A DNA stretch of 35,353 nucleotides, from IMG/VR virus record IMGVR_UViG_3300025018_001843, positions 1-35,353 of that record. The stretch is one strand, 5' to 3'. The notes beneath the pieces are model-generated. The model was given only the letters and a program-made list of their open reading frames with translations, ran no database searches and was not told the DNA's origin. Positions within the stretch are counted from its first letter, which is position 1; each line of letters opens with the position of its first letter. Below are positions 35,335-35,353 of this stretch, piece by piece. The translations under genes were made by a program, and so were the position numbers. Source of the stretch: a virus (Duplodnaviria > Caudoviricetes).

Positions 35335-35353
35335 GCTCATTATCAAGACAACA
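35218..35353. repeat. Terminal direct repeat, copy 2
   Basis: Matches 1-136 with one mismatch. Confidence 0.95.

Noticed and set aside
1-35353. Genome-wide alternative genetic code (TGA or TAG reassigned)
   Set aside because: Code 11 gives dense, full-length genes, and many end in TGA (ATGA overlaps) or TAG at sensible positions; only one in-frame TGA candidate was seen.

Overview
The window is an apparently complete, circularly assembled ~35.2 kb tailed-phage genome (siphovirus-like, HK97-type head). Bases 1-136 repeat at 35218-35353 with one mismatch. Essentially every gene is on the + strand. Gene order: ParB-DNA methyltransferase fusion, TerS/TerL, a large portal-MuF-ParB-like fusion, prohead protease, major capsid, head-tail joining genes, tail tube, frameshifted tail chaperones, tape measure, tail tip/fibre genes, a membrane-protein-rich lysis cassette with a C39-like peptidase, HNH nuclease, ERF recombinase, replication initiator with internal iterons, DnaC-like loader, small early genes (RlpA/DPBB-like, VRR-NUC, MerR-type HTH), and a ~6 kb operon spanning the circular junction with five glycosyltransferase domains and two small SAM methyltransferases. 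No integrase, CI-type repressor, tRNA or CRISPR is recognisable. The most notable features are the glycan-building operon next to the packaging genes, the three-part portal fusion, two distinct repeated promoter classes (one apparently leaderless), the apparent total absence of GGCC/CCGG/GCGC/CGCG, and a zinc-ribbon ORF split by an in-frame TGA directly upstream of a structured element. A Patescibacteria-like host is suggested by inference only. All family calls come from motifs read by eye; no database searches were run.
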